In this document: one piece after another, positions 63,581-64,000 of the stretch
Layout: the number at the start of each line of letters is the position of its first letter
Position numbering within the stretch: the first letter of the stretch is position 1
Origin: Octopus vulgaris
Taxonomy: Eukaryota
DNA: 64,000 bases
Direction: 5' to 3'
Assembly: GCA_951406725.2 (NCBI GenBank)
Contig: OX597814.1
Span: forward strand, 200,446,001 to 200,510,000
Translations under genes and position numbers: made by a program
Notes under the pieces: generated by a model
The model's input: the letters and a program-made list of their open reading frames with translations, nothing else
Told to the model about the DNA's origin: nothing
Database searches by the model: none

Positions 63581-63810
63581 TGCATATGGCATAGTGGTTA
63601 AGAGCACAAGCTACTAATCCCAAGATTCCAAGTTTGATTCCAAGCAGTGACCATAATAATAATATTGAAAAATACTTTAGGAATGAGGACCCAGGTTTGA
63701 AATTTCCCCAAGACACCTGATGAAGGCTGGAAGGTATATCAGCTGAAATGTTGTGTTAACAACAAACAAGATGAGGACAAATATCCATCAAATGTAAATA
63801 ATGTATTATT
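63581..63810 (+). mobile_element. tRNA-headed short element carrying a Penelope-type hammerhead
   Basis: A box TGGCATAGTGG at 63587-63597, B box GTTTGATTCC at 63632-63641, an (AAT)n linker, and the hammerhead at 63712-63757. Confidence 0.7.
63712..63757 (+). ncRNA. Minimal type I hammerhead ribozyme motif
   Basis: GACAC-CTGATGA-A-GGCTG(gaaggtatat)CAGCT-GAAA-TGT-T-GTGTT; stems I and II both pair. Confidence 0.72.
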
Positions 63811-64000
63811 CACCATATCAGCACAAAATTTATGACAGACAACTCTCAAGTCCTCAGTTTCTGGTTATACAGGAAGATATAATCACACACATTAAGATAT
63901 TTTTACTAACATAATAAGATGGCTGTCCTATATTATGAATTCAAAAATTATGAACCTAACTGATGTAAAATTTTGAATTCATATACATGCTGAGGTTGTC

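Noticed and set aside
63587-63645. Functional tRNA gene
   Set aside because: The acceptor and anticodon stems do not pair; it is a SINE-type head, like the other tRNA-like heads here.

Overview
This is AT-rich eukaryotic genomic DNA with no intact protein-coding gene that I can recognise. The repeat repertoire (abundant tRNA-SINEs, RTE LINE 3' ends with (GAT)n tails, Penelope remnants, long (TA)n/(CA)n/(GA)n tracts) suggests a coleoid cephalopod, probably Octopus; this is an inference. The window reads as intergenic or intronic sequence filled with decayed elements: RTE and CR1-type LINEs, a Penelope-like element (RT thumb plus GIY-YIG), three mariner relics, hAT and piggyBac-type MITEs, a Helitron-like element and at least three tRNA-SINE families. 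The main highlights are: (1) three minimal type I hammerhead-ribozyme motifs of Penelope type, one fused downstream of a tRNA-like Pol III promoter (63587-63810); (2) a perfect 37-bp palindrome at 24357-24434; (3) a CR1 fragment flanked by an exact 47-bp duplication; (4) a Helitron-like element with a 13-bp flanking duplication; (5) a SINE-RTE chimera and SINEs sharing the RTE 3' tail; (6) candidate splice-flanked exons on + and a possible terminal exon/3'UTR on - near 60.4-61.6 kb. Everything was read by eye with no database searches, so repeat boundaries are approximate unless TSDs or TIRs are quoted.
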